Of a stretch of 64,000 nucleotides of DNA, positions 63,663 through 64,000 are shown one piece after another (position 1 is the first letter of the stretch; the number at the start of each line of letters is the position of its first letter). The stretch is taken from positions 9,520,181 to 9,584,180 of the forward strand of contig NC_068993.1 of NCBI RefSeq assembly GCF_001194135.2, in the 5' to 3' direction. Made by a program: the position numbers and the translations under genes. The notes beneath the pieces were generated by a model. It ran no database searches, was not told the origin of the DNA, and saw only the letters and a program-made list of their open reading frames with translations. This stretch comes from Octopus bimaculoides (lineage: Eukaryota).

Positions 63663-64000
63663 GAAAACAGTCAGCCACCTTCTATATATGGATGACCTAA
63701 AATTATACGCCAAAAATGACAAAGAGCTGGAAACACTACTACAGACAGTACATGGCTTTACCAAGGAAATGGATATGAAATTCGGATTAGAAAAATGTGC
63801 CAAAGCAACAAGGAAAAGAGGAAAATTAGTTAAAAGTAGCAACATAACATTAGATAAAGCCAATGAAATAAAAGAACTAGACGAAAGCCAACCATACAAA
63901 TATTTAGGAGTCAATGAACTAGATAGGATATAACATACACAAATGAAAGAAAAAAAACAAAGAAAGAGTACTATAGACGAGTTAGATCAATACTAAAAAC
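63663..64000 (+). mobile_element. R4/Dong-clade LINE reverse-transcriptase fragment
   Basis: SHLLYMDDLKLYAK...MKFGLEKCA...YKYLG; premature stop. Confidence 0.9.

Noticed and set aside
1-64000. CRISPR arrays, rRNA, intact tRNA genes, operons
   Set aside because: None seen; this is intron-rich animal DNA and the tRNA-like pieces are SINE heads.

Overview
AT-rich eukaryotic genomic DNA with many microsatellites, many N gaps and dense SINE/MITE/LINE debris. The repeat families look cephalopod (Octopus-like); this is inference. Three spliced protein-coding genes can be rebuilt by hand with consistent GT-AG sites and phases. (1) The 5' eight exons of GEMIN5 on the minus strand (708-8845), continuing off the left edge. 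(2) A complete 127-aa Ly6/three-finger (quiver/sleepless-like) gene on the plus strand (9084-13429), probably GPI-anchored, whose ATG is only 239 bp from the GEMIN5 ATG, head-to-head. (3) An unnamed plus-strand gene (45072-58726, 5' end unresolved). It encodes nine ~11-aa Tyr/Pro/Arg-rich repeats followed by five 6-Cys (PLAC/ShK-like) modules, one per exon. Also present: at least seven Penelope-type minimal hammerhead-ribozyme motifs, two of them in the arms of a 360-bp palindrome; R4/Dong-type LINE fragments in (TAA)n tracts; Tc1, mariner and L1/Tx1 fragments; several MITEs; and four SINE-like families. Most ORFs in the supplied track are microsatellite or N-gap artefacts.
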